In this document: positions 11,539-24,814 of the stretch, in pieces
Layout: each line of letters begins with the position of its first letter
How positions within the stretch are numbered: the stretch's first letter is position 1
Assembly (NCBI RefSeq): GCF_009834535.1
Contig: NC_045721.1
Coordinates: 6,758,001 to 6,822,000, forward strand
Length of the DNA: 64,000 bases
Origin: Camelus ferus
Lineage: Eukaryota
Reading direction: 5' to 3'
Position numbers and translations under genes: made by a program
Notes under the pieces: generated by a model
Told to the model about the DNA's origin: nothing
Databases searched by the model: none
What the model saw: only the letters and a program-made list of their open reading frames with translations

Positions 11539-13669
11539 TAAGGCATAAAAATACTTTGATGTCTCATCAGACTGCCCAGATTTTTGTATCACCTCTGAAA
11601 ACAAAAGAAAAAAAAGGTACTTAGTAGCAGAAGTAGCTCCATTAACTCATACTAGCTGAATCTTAGTTATATTCAATCTGACATAAAACGCCATGAAACA
11701 GACAAGAATGACATTTAAATGTGAGGAACTGACAGACCTGCCTTCCCCCCTCCACTCTAAATAATAACGTAGAGCCACATTCTTCAGCCAATTCCACTTC
11801 TCAAGTACCTTGTTTGACATTTTCCTGCAATGAATGGAACCCCTACCAGCATCATTAGCTTTGCAGGATTTTCTCCTGGGAATGGGCAAAGTAGCTGCCA
11901 ATTTGAACCAGCCCGGATAGGAGGGAAAAATAAAGAAACAAAAGGCAGGATAACATGAAGTAAATCCTTGCAGTAAATTTGAGAGGTTTTGCTTGCAAAA
12001 GTAAAAGGTGAAACAAATATTACAGGGTTTGAATATATCAGTGAAAGTAAACCAGACACTTGTATATGCAAGATAGCAGTGCAGACCCACCAAATCAGAG
12101 ACCACAGGTAAATCAAAGGGTAAAATTAGGAGAAAAATAGTATGAACTTCCATGACATTTGCATCCGGATATGAAGAGTTTTTGTCTGTGTTATTTTTTT
12201 CCTAGTGTCTAGCCTAGCTCTTTTGGGCAAAGATTCTATATTGAAAGAGAGAAATCAATTAAAAGCAAATTAAATCTACATTTACAAGAAGGCCTTAGAA
12301 TGCCCTTCATTTTGGTTTCTCACCAAGTCCCCTTTGCATTCAGCTCTTACTATGATCCTTAAAAGTGAGGCACAAATGCTCAATACGTATTGGCTGAATG
12401 AACACATAGTTTGTGATTTGCAGCAGGTGCTTTTAGGGTCCCGAGTTTGGGGTGTAATTTGTTAAAAATATTAAAAATTTATTTCTTTACATATTTCTAG
12501 ATTATCCACTTTCAAGAACTTAGGAACTACAAATCCACCAAAATTATTGTCATTTCAGAGAAGAATATACACCATTTGAATGTTTTATAAGCTGCTGTCT
12601 CCTCCGTGTTCCTAGGTCCTCTGGCTTTGGGGTTGTGGAGGCTGGATATGTAGAGTTTTATATGTGTTTGGGTAGCCTCTCCTTATCTGGGGAAGGATTA
12701 CTGACTGTAAATTTTCCAGGGATTTTGCTCATTAGAGTTATTTTTGTAGCTTCCTTTCCAGTCTTGGTTATAACTGCCAGTACTCTTTTATCAGAAGGTG
12801 AAGCAGAGGGTCTCTTCCATGACACTGGATTTATTCTTGCTGTCCTTGTCCCTTGTGGCCAAGCAAAACCAGTAGGTGCCTATAATACTTTGGATTGAGG
12901 CAAATACCTAAAGTCATACACAGTTGAAGCCATGGAGCATGCAGGACTCTGCAAGTCCACTGCATCTTTCTGAATCATCTTTGGCATCCTGATGCCAGTG
13001 GCACCAAAATGGTAGAAAAGAATTAGGCAAAAACAAGAAAATTGTGGCTCTTTGTAGAATTACCTATGCATTATAAAATGATGAAGGGTTAACAGATAAG
13101 TGGTTATAATAAACTGAACAAACTCACTAAGCTTGATGAGAGACCCTTCAGATAGCTGATAGATATTCAAAAGGGGAGAGAAGAAGGAGGTATAAAATGG
13201 TCCTCTTGTCATGTATTAGGATTTGGTCTCAAGGAGTGTCAGGCGGTATTCTGTCAGCCTGTACTCCAGAAATTTAAACAAGCCCCATAAAAGGTGCTTT
13301 AGACTCAGAATTGTCATTGTTTTGCTTGTCAAGTTCTCATAAATTTTTGACTGAGTGTTGGTCTCCAGAAACCATCAAGTAGTAAAGAGAAGAGGTGAGG
13401 GTAAGACAGAACGCGTAAGTATAAATGACAAGGAGTGAAGAAACAAGGGAACTTCAAGCTAAGAAACAAAGTGATGATGGGAAGAGGGCTGCATCATGGT
13501 GATTTCAGGGTCTTGGACAGTTATCTGGCTGAAGAGATTGTACCAACACTGCACATATAGTGAAATATACAGCAAGCACCCAGAATGTAAGACACTGATC
13601 TCTCATCAGTCTTTGACTCATCATACTGCACTTTAATGTTTTCTGCTTCCTCCATTTCCACTTTATCTT

Positions 13670-13790
13670 ATGTTTCTAACCTCCCGTCTATTCAGCTCTC
13701 ATCTGGATGAACGCTCCAACTTCTCCACTCTTGTTTCTGATCTACTACATGATTCGTCCCTTCTGAAATGGCATGTGCTTTCAGTAACAG
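13670..13790 (+). mobile_element. L2 fragment
   Basis: ctctcatctggatgaacgctccaacttctcc resembles the L2 TCTCACCTGGACTACTGCAAC block. Confidence 0.4.
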
Positions 13791-13949
13791 ACCCATTGGT
13801 TTAGCTCTGTTTTCATCTTTCACCTTCCTTCCCAGGAAACCTGGATTAAGGAATCTTGGCATCTGGGTTCTGCCTCATACCTTAGCCAGACCCTAGAGCC
13901 TAAATCCAAAAGCTTGTAACAGGAGGGAGAGTAAAGACAGTCTTCAAGC

Positions 13950-14115
13950 CAAGACATTTTGACTCTGTACTCTAAATATCCATGCAGCCTTAGGCAAAGC
14001 CACTTACACTTCAGAATTTCAATTTTCCATCTATAAAACTGATTACCAGTGCTGCCCACATGATAGGAATACTCAACTGATTGATGAAAGAGTGTATTAT
14101 AAGCTAAAGAGGCTA
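13950..14115 (+). mobile_element. MIR SINE
   Basis: gccttaggcaaagccacttacacttcagaatttcaattttccatctataaaa. Confidence 0.55.
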
Positions 14116-15499
14116 TGAAAATCCAAGGTACTTGAGAAACAGGGTTAAATTCTCAAGGCCACCAGCCATTTCCTCCTCTTCTCCCATGGGAGAACTTACT
14201 TTTGGACTTGATAGGTACCCCAGGCACCAAAGTCACTCCATAGCCCCATCCTGAACTACAGACATCTCAGTGCTTCCTGGGAATGTGGGATATGAAGGGA
14301 CAGTAGCCAATCTCAGAGTAGCTTGAGTGTCAGGGTTGAGGTGTGGTTTCATGAGGCTTGAACAGACATGTTCACCACACTCTCCAAGATGGCAGGTGAC
14401 AACATAGGACAAGGAAGGAATGAGATCTGTTTCAGTCCAAGTGCCCAGGAGGAAGTCAAAGGTCTGGCACTGGAGAGACCAACCCAAGACATCACATTTA
14501 AATAGGGGATGGAAAAGAGCAATGTAAAATGTGTCAAAGCTACAGAGCCCCCCTCAGTGGGAGGAGACTTTGAAGTGGGCTTTCCAAGATCATTGCTGTG
14601 ACTCCTAGTAATGTTTTCAATTTGCCTTCATGGGCTGTGGTATGTGGTCTTATATGGTTTGGACTGGTTTAATGACCACAGGACAGACAGCAAGTAGGGA
14701 AAATAGAAACATGGCTAAGGGAGGCCTATCTTGAGGGGGGACAGAACCCCCAAAACTTATCAAATGATGATGGCAAGTGTCACAGAACCTTTGATTAATA
14801 CGAAGATGAAAATCTAGCCAGCACCATTATAATTCTGTACACCTCCCCATAATGTATGCGACAATGTAATAACAGCATTTCCTTGTGCAGTGAAATCTTG
14901 TTAAATTGATATAGTTTTATTCAAAACAGCATGAATTTGAAGTAGCTGTTTCTCCCTAGTTGACCTAAATGTTTTACTGCTCTTAAATAAAATATCAGAT
15001 AATATATACTTAAAGTTCTTTTTTTCATAGATCCTTTAATATAGAATTAACAAGGTGTTACCCAGTTATTTAGAATTTTCTGGTAAAGGGGTCTATAAAG
15101 CTTTCACAAAAGCAACTTGAAACATGTTCATAATTCTCATCTGACGTGTGATAAAACTCAAATTCTGGAAGTTGTGTGAACTTCTTCAGCCAACAGGATG
15201 TCTTTTATACTATGGCTCTAACTACCGTGGAATGGGGCTGAGATCTGGTGTGAGTTGTGCTGGATGTGTGAGCCAGACAGTGGGGAAGGGTGGAAGGACA
15301 GCCCTGCTGCCAGAATCAGGCATTCAGAGCATGTGGTGTCAAGAAAAACTGACCTGGACAAAATGATCACCTCAGAGAGGAACAGTAAGACATGTCCTAG
15401 AAGGGATGAGGAAATGCAGCTGCAGGGAACACAGGAATGCACTGTAGGTAGGGAGATAGTGCAGTCAAACCCTGCAATCATGCTTCTGGAGTTAGGTGT

Positions 15500-15745
15500 G
15501 CATTAGTTTTCAGTGTCTGCCATTTTCCAGCCGTGGGACTTGATGGAAGGCATTTCTGAGCCCTAGTTTCTCTATTTGTAAAATGCAATGCCAATCTAAA
15601 ATTTAAATCCAGATCTAAATCCAGAGAACTGAAGTGAGAGGACCAGAAAAACCAAGTCCAAAGATTCTAATGCTTTATCTCATAGGATTGTTATGAGGAT
15701 TGAGTGAGCGAAATTACATGGACGTGCTCAGTAAACTATAAGGTA
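15500..15745 (+). mobile_element. MIR SINE (interrupted)
   Basis: tctgagccctagtttctctatttgtaaaatg...tctcataggattgttatgaggattgag. Confidence 0.6.
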
Positions 15746-16794
15746 TTACACAAGTATCACTCATAATTTTATGTATGCCAAATGAAATAAGAAGAAAAAA
15801 TGTGCTCTGGTTGCAAATTATAAAAAAAATAAAAGTTAACTATAGAGACTTTAGAAGTTTGTATCTTGAAAGAGAAAATTTAGAAGTTAGTTAAACTCAC
15901 TACTCAAAATGTTAAAAAAAAATAATGTGGGAAATTTTTTCTGCTGTGTAAGTATATATGGATGTATGTCTACATTCCAATTAGAATCATATAATATACA
16001 CTAGACAGTACTAAAACTACTTTTTTCTTTTTATTTAACAACTTTTTTTTAATATTCTTGAATATCTCATTTCTAAACAAGGAAGAAGGAGATAATATTG
16101 ATTTAATCCCAATAAAATAATCAGAGGCGACTTTTATAAGAAAAATATTTTTCAAGTCCCTTTTGGCAAGCACTTACTACTAGCTGCTGGGATTTTTGTT
16201 ACTTCAGCCAAGGATTGTGAATAAAAGGTTGAAAAAATACATTCAAAGCAAAAGTCAATATGGGAATGAAAAAAATTCTGTAGGGAGAAAAAATAAAACT
16301 CCTTACTATTTAGTTAAGATTACAGGAAAGTATTGAGGATTTAAAATATATTATCAAGCAGTGAGGTCTAGAATATCCACTTATTGTAAAAATGAAATAA
16401 AATATAAACGAGGTCTTATTAACAAGCTAACTTTGTAACTCAGTGAGTAGTTGAAGAATGCAGACATTAATCCTTTACTAGCACCTGGAAGACCAGCCTC
16501 CCTGTGAACCTTATCAACAGCCCCCGGTAGAATTGCTAACTCCAGCTTACCCTGGAAATACGCATCTAGCATGGAAAAAAAACTATCTGAGCTGTGTGAG
16601 AAACTCTTTATTTTGGAGTCTGCTTCAAATAAGGAATTTCGTTACAAATGAGTGTTAGATCTAAGCTGGAATGTCCTTTTCACTTTATTGCTTCAAAAAT
16701 ACTGTCCCTCTAAATCTCATATCCCTGTAGATAAGCAACAAGATCATACTGTACAGCTCAGAGAAATGTAGCCATTATTTTATAATGACTTTAA

Positions 16795-16888
16795 GTGGAG
16801 TATAATCTATAAAAATATTTTATCACTATATTGTACACCTGAAACTAATAGGATATTGTAAATCAAGTATACTTCAATTTAAAAAAAT
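16795..16888 (+). mobile_element. L1 extreme 3' end
   Basis: tcactatattgtacacctgaaactaata...gtaaatcaagtatacttcaatttaaaaaaa. Confidence 0.8.
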
Positions 16889-16972
16889 ACTGACCCTTTT
16901 ACTCTTCAGGTCATTGGCGCTAGAGTGCTGCACATGCCCCAGGTATGCCCGTGTTTCTTGTCCAAGGAAGTT

Positions 16973-17449
16973 TGTTATCCACTCTTTAATTATTCTCATA
17001 TAACAAACAACTTTGAAACCTAGTGGTTTAAAAGAACAATGGGCCTTAAATTTCTTACACTTCGGACATTTGGGCAGGATGTGGGCTGACTCATCTCTGC
17101 TTCATGGTTTCTGAGGCCCCCAGTTGACTGACCCAGTGGCTAGAGGCCAGAAGAGCTGAACTGAGGGGTCTCTCCTGTGGAGTGGTTATGACTTTCCACG
17201 TGGTATCTTCATCGTGGTAGCCAAGAGTTAGATTTCTTGCATGGAAGCTCAGGGGTTCAAGAGGGAATGTTCCTAGAGACCTGGGCAAAAACTGCAGGGG
17301 TTTTTTTTGTCCTAACTTGAGAAGGCTGGGAATTATTACTGGTCAGGCAAGTCACTCAGAGCAGCCCAGACTCAAAGGGAGAGGAATTAGAGTCTACGTC
17401 TCAGTGGGAAGAATAGCAAAGTGCAGGAGGCTATCTTTAATCTACCACA
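16973..17449 (-). mobile_element. Old MaLR LTR (MLT1K/L-like)
   Basis: cctagtggtttaaaagaacaa...gggctgactcatctctgc...cttgcatggaagctcagggg...gcccagactcaaagggagaggaattaga...ctaccaca. Confidence 0.75.
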
Positions 17450-18664
17450 AACTCTCCTGCCCAAAAAAAGCTCTTTGAGAGAACTATTGGAGGGGAGTAA
17501 GAGACTGAATGTGATTATTCATCCTAATCTTTGACTAATGGAAAGAAAGAGAAAAGGATGATTTATAGGAGCCCTTTCTCCAGTTTGCCTTTTCAATGCT
17601 TTGACTCTAGTATAGCCAACTCCTTCTCAGTTCCTAAAAATAGTGGTATCTGGGGTCCACTGATTTACACATTCAGGGACTTTCTCTCCCATTGTACTGC
17701 GTTTTTCATCTTAAAAGAAAAAGTAAGTTGCCATATAATTCATAAAAAATGTCAGAATTCCTGGATATTTTAGTTTTTAGAGTCTTCATTTTATCTTTTT
17801 TCTCCCAGTAGGCCATAATTAATAGTATCCCTATAGGCTGAAAGTATACGAGAAGAATTTTTGTTATTGCTTTAATATTATCAGGTTAGATGTGCAGAGG
17901 AAAATTATTTTACATCTATTCAAATTGCCACTGAATGTCAGTGATATTGTGGCAGATGATGAGCAAAATAAACTGAATGAAAGGATGATGGATTTAATAA
18001 AAGCCAGAAACTGAGAAGTGCCTTGGCTTACAGGTTGCAGAACGAGCTGAAGAAGAGCAAAGAATTAGGGGAGGTGTGAATGAGTCTCAGTAATATCTCC
18101 AGATTTGAAGAAGAAGTAGTTGAACTGAGGGTAAAACAGAAGTGAGTTACCATTTCACACGATGCTGATTTCACCACTCTGAGTCATAGCTTTATTTATC
18201 ACCACCTGTTGACACTATAGGTATAATTGGGTTTGTAACTCAAAAGCCTCTTCACTGTTAAGGTCTCTAAAGCCCCAGGATCTCATCCAGTTTCCGGGAG
18301 ATCAAGCCCATAAGACCCTTCTGTTGGAGAGGTAGTAATAGAGAATATACTCATTTTGTCACAGTTAGAATGAGAGCATAGATCAGGAAAATACCCTCAT
18401 TGACTATTTTAGACACTCATAATGATTCTCTTTATTCTTCTCTTTCTGGAGATTGCCTTCAACTTCTGTTATCCAAGGTTCCTAACTCCTCCAGTAGCAG
18501 CCCATTCCTGTACAGTCTTTTTCTGATAACCTGACATTATTCAGAGCTCTTTCACTCCTCAGTTCCTCTGAACATAATTATTTAAAGCTATGGAGTTGCA
18601 CTGAAGAACTAGGACTGTGTAATTCTACCTGTAGAAAAGCTACAACTACAGTGGTATTCATTCT

Positions 18665-18875
18665 AGCCCATGTTCTGTTCTCAGCACTTTACATTAATAA
18701 TGTCTTTTATCCTTACAGCAATCCTATGAAGTAGTCACCATTAATTATGCCCATGGGAGAAATGGAGACACTGGATGGTTAAATTAATTGCTCAAGATAT
18801 TACTCAGATGGTGAGTGGCAGAGCTGGGATTCAAACCTAGGCTGTCTGAATCCAAAGTCAAAATTCTTACACTAC
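18665..18875 (-). mobile_element. MIR SINE
   Basis: tccttacagcaatcctatgaagtag...ggtgagtggcagagctgggattcaaacctaggctgtctgaatccaaag. Confidence 0.85.
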
Positions 18876-19149
18876 CTCTTAAAGGGCTCGTAGACTACAT
18901 TGCTGTAGAAAAAAAAATTCATTGACCACAGAGAAGGGATGATCCTTACCCAAGTTCAAATTTAACAATAAGAATTATGATTTTCCCGAGATTTCTGAAA
19001 TCCCATTGCTTTGTCCACTGCAGTAGGAGGGAGTAGCCTGCGAGGACTGGAATCTAGAACTGTCTCTAACCTTTGCAGTGGGAGAGAGGCTGAGAGGTGG
19101 TCTTAGCTGGAGCAAGCATTCCAGCAGATGGAACACAGTTTCTAGAAAG

Positions 19150-19410
19150 TATATATGTCAGCTCTGAGGAGGTGTGATTGTGTGTTGTGGTCAACATTGC
19201 GGAGGCGTGTTAGTAATGAGTAGAGGGTCCCAGCATAGCCATTCAGAAGCTGGTGATAAATGGAGATCAAAGGGGAAGGCTGGTTGTCGTTGGAGAGGTG
19301 AACTGTTGAGGATCCAAGACATAGCTGAGTTGTGGATACTGGTGAATAGAAACAGAAATGTTAAAGAGACAAGCGTGTTTTTTTGGGTCTTAGGATGTTA
19401 GAGTAGAACT
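19150..19410 (-). mobile_element. L2 fragment
   Basis: Purine-rich antisense L2-like sequence; degenerate. Confidence 0.4.
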
Positions 19411-19589
19411 TCCCAAATCGTTCCTTTTAAAGAATAGAAAAAGATCATAGATCGGTTTTTCAGAAACAAAGGGTAGGATAGAAAAGATGTGAAAGAGAAA
19501 CTATAAAGTCAGTTTGAGATCTGAAGTTTGAAAAACAATAGAATGAAGTAAAAATACGTTGTATTGTGAATTTTTAATATGTATATATA

Positions 19590-20060
19590 CATTGTTAAAA
19601 TATAGAAAATGTAGAAAATAGGAAGTAATCTCCAATTTAAATAACCTTATTCATAAAAAGCCACAGTTTAACATTTAATGTATTTTTTCTACTAATTTTG
19701 AGTCTATCTGTGTTTATATTACAGAATTCGGGTAATATTTACTATTTACACCCAGATTTGTATCCTGCTAAGTATTATATTGTAAACATTATTTCACTAA
19801 TCATTTTATTGTGAAAAATATAATTTGATAACGTCTTTAATAGCTGCATATTTCATCCTATGTATTTAATTTCTTCATCTCAAAATCTTTCAATGTTTAA
19901 ATTGTCTTCCATTTATTGCTATTATCAATATTTTCAAACAGTAATTTCATAGACAAACTATTAACAAATGAGTGATTGAACATCTTTAAGTTTTTAGTAC
20001 ATTTTGCCAAACTGTTTTCCAGAAAAGTTTTACCTATCTACCTACTAATCTTCCCACCAC
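19590..20060 (-). mobile_element. L1ME-like fragment
   Basis: taatagctgcata...ttgtcttcca...gctattatcaata...acattttgccaaactgttttccagaaaag. Confidence 0.6.
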
Positions 20061-20124
20061 TAACTGAAAATATTACCTATGATACCTTATTCTCTCTCTG
20101 TCCATTTTATGATTGAAAGTGGAA

Positions 20125-20660
20125 TTATGTCATTCATTCATTCATTCATTCACTGCATAAACTGAATATTCATTACTGAAATGGTTATTGCATAAACATT
20201 AAGTACCCAGATCTGCTCTACATTCCAGGGAATCAGAGTCTCATATTTGCTCTATTTTGAATTTTAATAGTAACTAGCCAGGTTTTTCATATATGCATTG
20301 ATTACTTGCATTTCTTATTTTGTGAACTTTATAATGACATTCTTTGACCATGTTTGTTGAAATGTTAGTCTTCTACCTACTGATTTGTAAGGTCAAATCA
20401 AATGCTGATTTGTTCATATTCAAGTATAGGAATATTTTGGGAGCTTCACAAGATTATGCAAGTGTAGGTTCTGGTTTGAACAGATTCACTAATTGTTTTT
20501 ATTCATCCATCTACCCATCCAGCAGTCATTGAGCTTCTATTATGTGCTCAAACTCAAACATTCTTACAGGCACTGGGAGATACAGCAAAGAAGATGCTGT
20601 TTCTGTTGTCAAGTTGATCACAGATCAGTAGCAGTAAAAAATGAGGCAATTACAATATAA
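20125..20660 (-). mobile_element. L2 3' end fragments (antisense)
   Basis: (cattcatt)n tail at 20130-20152; tattcatccatctacccatccagcagtcattgagcttctattatgtgc...ggcactgggagatacagca. Confidence 0.55.
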
Positions 20661-21609
20661 ATCACTTTACCTTTAGCAGATGCTTTTTTTTTTTTTTTTT
20701 CTATTTAGCATTCATTCACCTTTCCTGGTTGGTGAATGCTTCCGTATGTTGTGTCTTGGCTTTTGGTAGTAGGCAATGCTGGTGTCTTAGCATGAAAACT
20801 CGAGGGGCAGAGTACTTCTCTCTCTTTATCCCAGCAGCCAAGACTTGACCATTTGATGCCCATAAGATGGTTTCACCTAGGAGTTTGAATCTTAAGCAAG
20901 TGATGCAAAATTAATAGCATGGTAATAGTTTTTTTTATTACTTATTATTTAATTACACAATACTTTTGGTAGAGATGTCTTGCAGTGGTATCAACTGTAC
21001 CCAATGTTAGTGGCAGTATAGTACCGAGGCTGCAGAAGTGTCCTGATAGAATGTACTTGCCTAAAGACTATGTTCCAAGACTTGGAAGCTGTCTTTATTG
21101 TTGTTGATTTTCCAACTCTGTCCCTGTGCTTGAGAAGTTCTCTTCAAACCATTTAGATTCTCCTGGAAATTTCCTTTTCTTTCTCTTAAAGGAGTAACAG
21201 TTGGTGTCTCCTATGTGAAATCAGAGCATAATAACTGAATTGAAGTTAAGTGCAGGAATAAAAGAGAAACACAATTCTGGCTCAGTTAAAGCAGTGAAAA
21301 GTTGAAGTTGGCTTCGTTTATACTTTCTATAAAACACAATTTTCAGATTCATTTTGCTTTTCTTTTATACATTATTGGACTAAGAACCTTACTTTATAAT
21401 GATTACTAGAATATTATTAACTGAACACATCTAATGATGGACGCTCTACAGAATCTTGAAGAAAAGTTCATCTCATGGAAAGCCTTGGTCTTTTTGCTTT
21501 AGCAGTATTTTAGCATCTTAGTGTTGGGCATCCTGTCTTTGGAATTGGTAGTTTTTCCAACTCTATACGTAACTCATTCATGTACTGCTTGTGAAATCTT
21601 TCTTGATTT

Positions 21610-21776
21610 TTTTTTTTAACGGAAGTACAGTCAATTACAATGAGTCAATTTCTGGTGTACAGCACAGTGTCCCAGTCATGCATATACATACATATATTCA
21701 TTTTTATATTCTTTTTCATTAAAGGTTATTATAAGATATTGAACATAATTTCCTGTGCTATACAGAAGAAACTTTT
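21610..21776 (-). mobile_element. Short camelid L1 3' end with TSD
   Basis: tttaacggaagtacagtcaattacaatg...tttctggtgtacagcacag...tcctgtgctatacagaaga. TSD tttcttgattt at 21599-21609 and 21777-21787. Confidence 0.9.
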
Positions 21777-22929
21777 TTTCTTGATTTATATTAATGTTTA
21801 TCACATGTCTGTTTTTTTGCCTAACTCACATAAACACGTTGGGAGAAATTGTTATATACTTCTTTGTGTTATCATAGTGCTAAGAATAAATATTCATTCA
21901 CAAATTGTTGAATGAATTAATTGTTGGGAAAGAAAAGTTAGAAAGATAGAGACAAACATAATGCCTTGTAATATTGACCAAAATAGATGTCAAATATCAT
22001 TTTGCTTCATGAAATCAAAACATACAAAGGCTACGTGGTGTACTCAATCACGTATCAAGTGAATGGCAGAAGCAGGCAGTTTGATGCAGGACACAAATAT
22101 CCAGTGAATAAAGCTCAATGAAGTTCATTATTAAACATACAGGGGAAAAGGTTGAGATGATCGAAACGTCCAGGCAGTCAACAAAAGAGCCAATTTCTAT
22201 CTTTACAGTTTTTTTAAACCAAACTCATCGGCTTGAAATATTATTAAAAGTAGTTATTGATATACATCTAATCACAAAGAACAAAACTAAATTTACATTT
22301 TTTTTCTTCTTTTTGACTACCCTTTGATATGGACATGAAGTAAATTACCCAAAATCGAAGATTGTGAACCAATGAACAGGATAAAATAAGCACCCTGTAT
22401 TACTCATTAATTATATTATCACAGAGCCATATTTAAGGAAGCATAGGTGATTTCTCAGTGGTAGTCCATGTACCTTTTGAAGAACAAAATTATACCTTTA
22501 TGTTTGTTTTATTTTAAATACAGATTCTGGCTACATGGGACTATCTAATTCGTAAACATTAAATTTCATGTTTATGATTTGCTCAATTTTATGTTTTATA
22601 TTATGAAAACCAACAAAATATTATATAAAACAAGCTTTTATACCATTTGAATGTTAGTAAAACAATGAAAATGAAAAACCAGTTTTTTTAAATTTTTTCT
22701 TTAGTAAAATGTTAAAGTGTAAAACAAGCTTGTTTAATTTTGATGTGTTTTTACTGAGTATGATATCAGACAGTATAGTGCACAAGTTGTTAAGAATACG
22801 TTTCAACAAAATTTTCTAAACTAATAAGCACAGCCGTAGATCAAGAAATAACATATTCCAACTACCTCAGAACTTCAGGCAGCTCCTTATGTCCCCTTGA
22901 ACTATCCTGACTTTAAGCTCTAAATACTG

Positions 22930-23275
22930 GCTTTTTTAAAACTATGTATGTATACTCATATATGCATGTAATCATAAATACATATTTTGTATTTGTTCAC
23001 TTTGTCAACATTATATTAGTGATGCAGTGATATTCATATATTTTTGTGCAGCCATAGCTCTTCTTTTTCACTGCTGCGAAGTATTCCATTACATCAATAT
23101 ACCACACAACATACGTATCTATTCTGTTGTTGATATTTGGGCTGTTTCCAAATGGTCCTCATATAAACATTCTTATATATGTCTTTTGGTGAGTACACAC
23201 ACACACGCACACACACACGTATATCTGTTAGGTACATACCTGGGAATGGAATGGCTCAGTCAAAAGATCCAAAAT
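22930..23275 (-). mobile_element. L1M fragment
   Basis: gtattccatt...gatatttgggctgtttccaa...aaacattcttatatatgtcttttggtg...acatacctgggaatggaatggct. Confidence 0.7.
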
Positions 23276-24814
23276 TACACAAATTAAAAAGTAACAGAAC
23301 TGACAGCATATTTAGGAATGAGGAAGAATTATTAAGCAATTATAAGATTCAAAATGATCTCCCCAGAGAGCGGATTTTCTCAAGTGTGTAGCTCAAACCA
23401 GTTGGCAAATACCTATAGCAGCTTATTTGAGCATCACCACCTAGCCTTGGAGGGATATTTACATTTCCACCTGTGCAAGATTGTCTCTATTTAAATAGAC
23501 TCTGAAGTGGGTCCTATGCTCCCAAGGCAAATTAAAAATGAAATCCAGGAAGAATTGACAGGCTGTTCCCTAGAACTCTGAACAGCTCTAATTATGTTAC
23601 AGTTCGTTCAGACGGTTTAGCACAGAATAGTCTACCTGCCTTTTGAGAACTGAAACCCGAGTAGAATTTCCCCAAAGTGCTTCTCTTGATGTGCTTAGGG
23701 AAGCTTCAAAATTACACATTAACGTAGGGAACAATTGTAGGTTTTTGTGCTACTTAATTCACTGCTGTGTTTGACTTCTGTTTTTCCATTCAGTAATAGG
23801 GACCCTTTTCACAATGCCAATTCCATATCTGAATTTCTGAGTCTTACCATTTAAGTTCTCTCCACTGACAGTGCCTTCATCTTGGTGATCACCTCGGGTA
23901 CAATGTAAGGTTCTGATTCATCAGCTACAAATAGGGCAAAACCCTAGTCCTAGAGGGACACAGAGGTGAGAGAAAGGGTAATTCACTCAGCCTTAACAAC
24001 TCTTGCTTACAGGGACTTCTCTGAGTGGTGTGACGAACTTTAGTGTTAGCTGTCCCCAGCCTGCTGGCAGGGAACCCACCAGAGTGCCTGTTCTGTGTAC
24101 AGTGTCGACAGTAGGAGCTGCAAAGCTCTCCAGATCATCTCGTCCTGCATCTTTTTTTTTTTTTTTTAATATAAGCATCCTGTGTGACTTATCCTGGAAG
24201 GAGAGGCATACAAATAAGATGGTAGTAAATGAGCAGAGCTGTCTCAGGCGGTAATGTATGTCAAAGGTGTCTGTAGGGAGTCAGCGAGGGTGTCGTAGTT
24301 ACTGCCTAATTTGCGTGGCTTTCTGTAATCATTTCCATTTATCTGCAATCTAGTTCAAAGCTACTAGCTAGTTTATCCATTTCTACATGGAGCTCCATTA
24401 TGAGAAAGCACTTCTTTTTGTAAAAGTTAAGACCCGTTCTTCCCTGTTCCCTAGGGTGAACTATCAAAGGTTAAATTATTTTCTAGACAGGCACTCCGCG
24501 CTGCTGAACAACTCAATCTCTGTTCTTTCATCTTCCCATCTCACATTCTGTGTGATTCCTGTGCTAGGTCATTAGCTGTTTACAGCCAGGGCTCCCCCTT
24601 TTCAAGCAGGCTCTATAACCCCAGAATGGTCTTGGTTTAAGCTCTGTGTTCCTCTTAACTTGCTTTTCTGTTTGTATTGAAAATAGCTAGTGGGAAAACA
24701 AAGATCAGACCTCAGTTTTATTTGCGAACTAAATGCATTTTGCAGTGGTTTTTTTTTTTTTTTTTTTTGATGGAGGGGAATTAATAGTAGGTGTTAGGGG
24801 CCAGTGTCCTAGAA

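Noticed and set aside
11647-12153. 168-aa minus-strand ORF, the longest N-free ORF
   Set aside because: It has no recognisable domain, and its hydrophobic/Cys/Phe-rich composition is typical of the antisense of A-rich DNA. There is no splice or homology support.
13063-13374. Resemblance of LLNIY / LLTL / YKEP to bornavirus matrix protein
   Set aside because: Only 3-5 residue matches with inconsistent spacing; indistinguishable from chance.
17883-18145. Coiled-coil-like peptides (RLQNELKKSKELGE, RFEEEVVELR) and possible exons
   Set aside because: They are purine-rich sequence with weak donors, stops in all frames and no recognisable protein.
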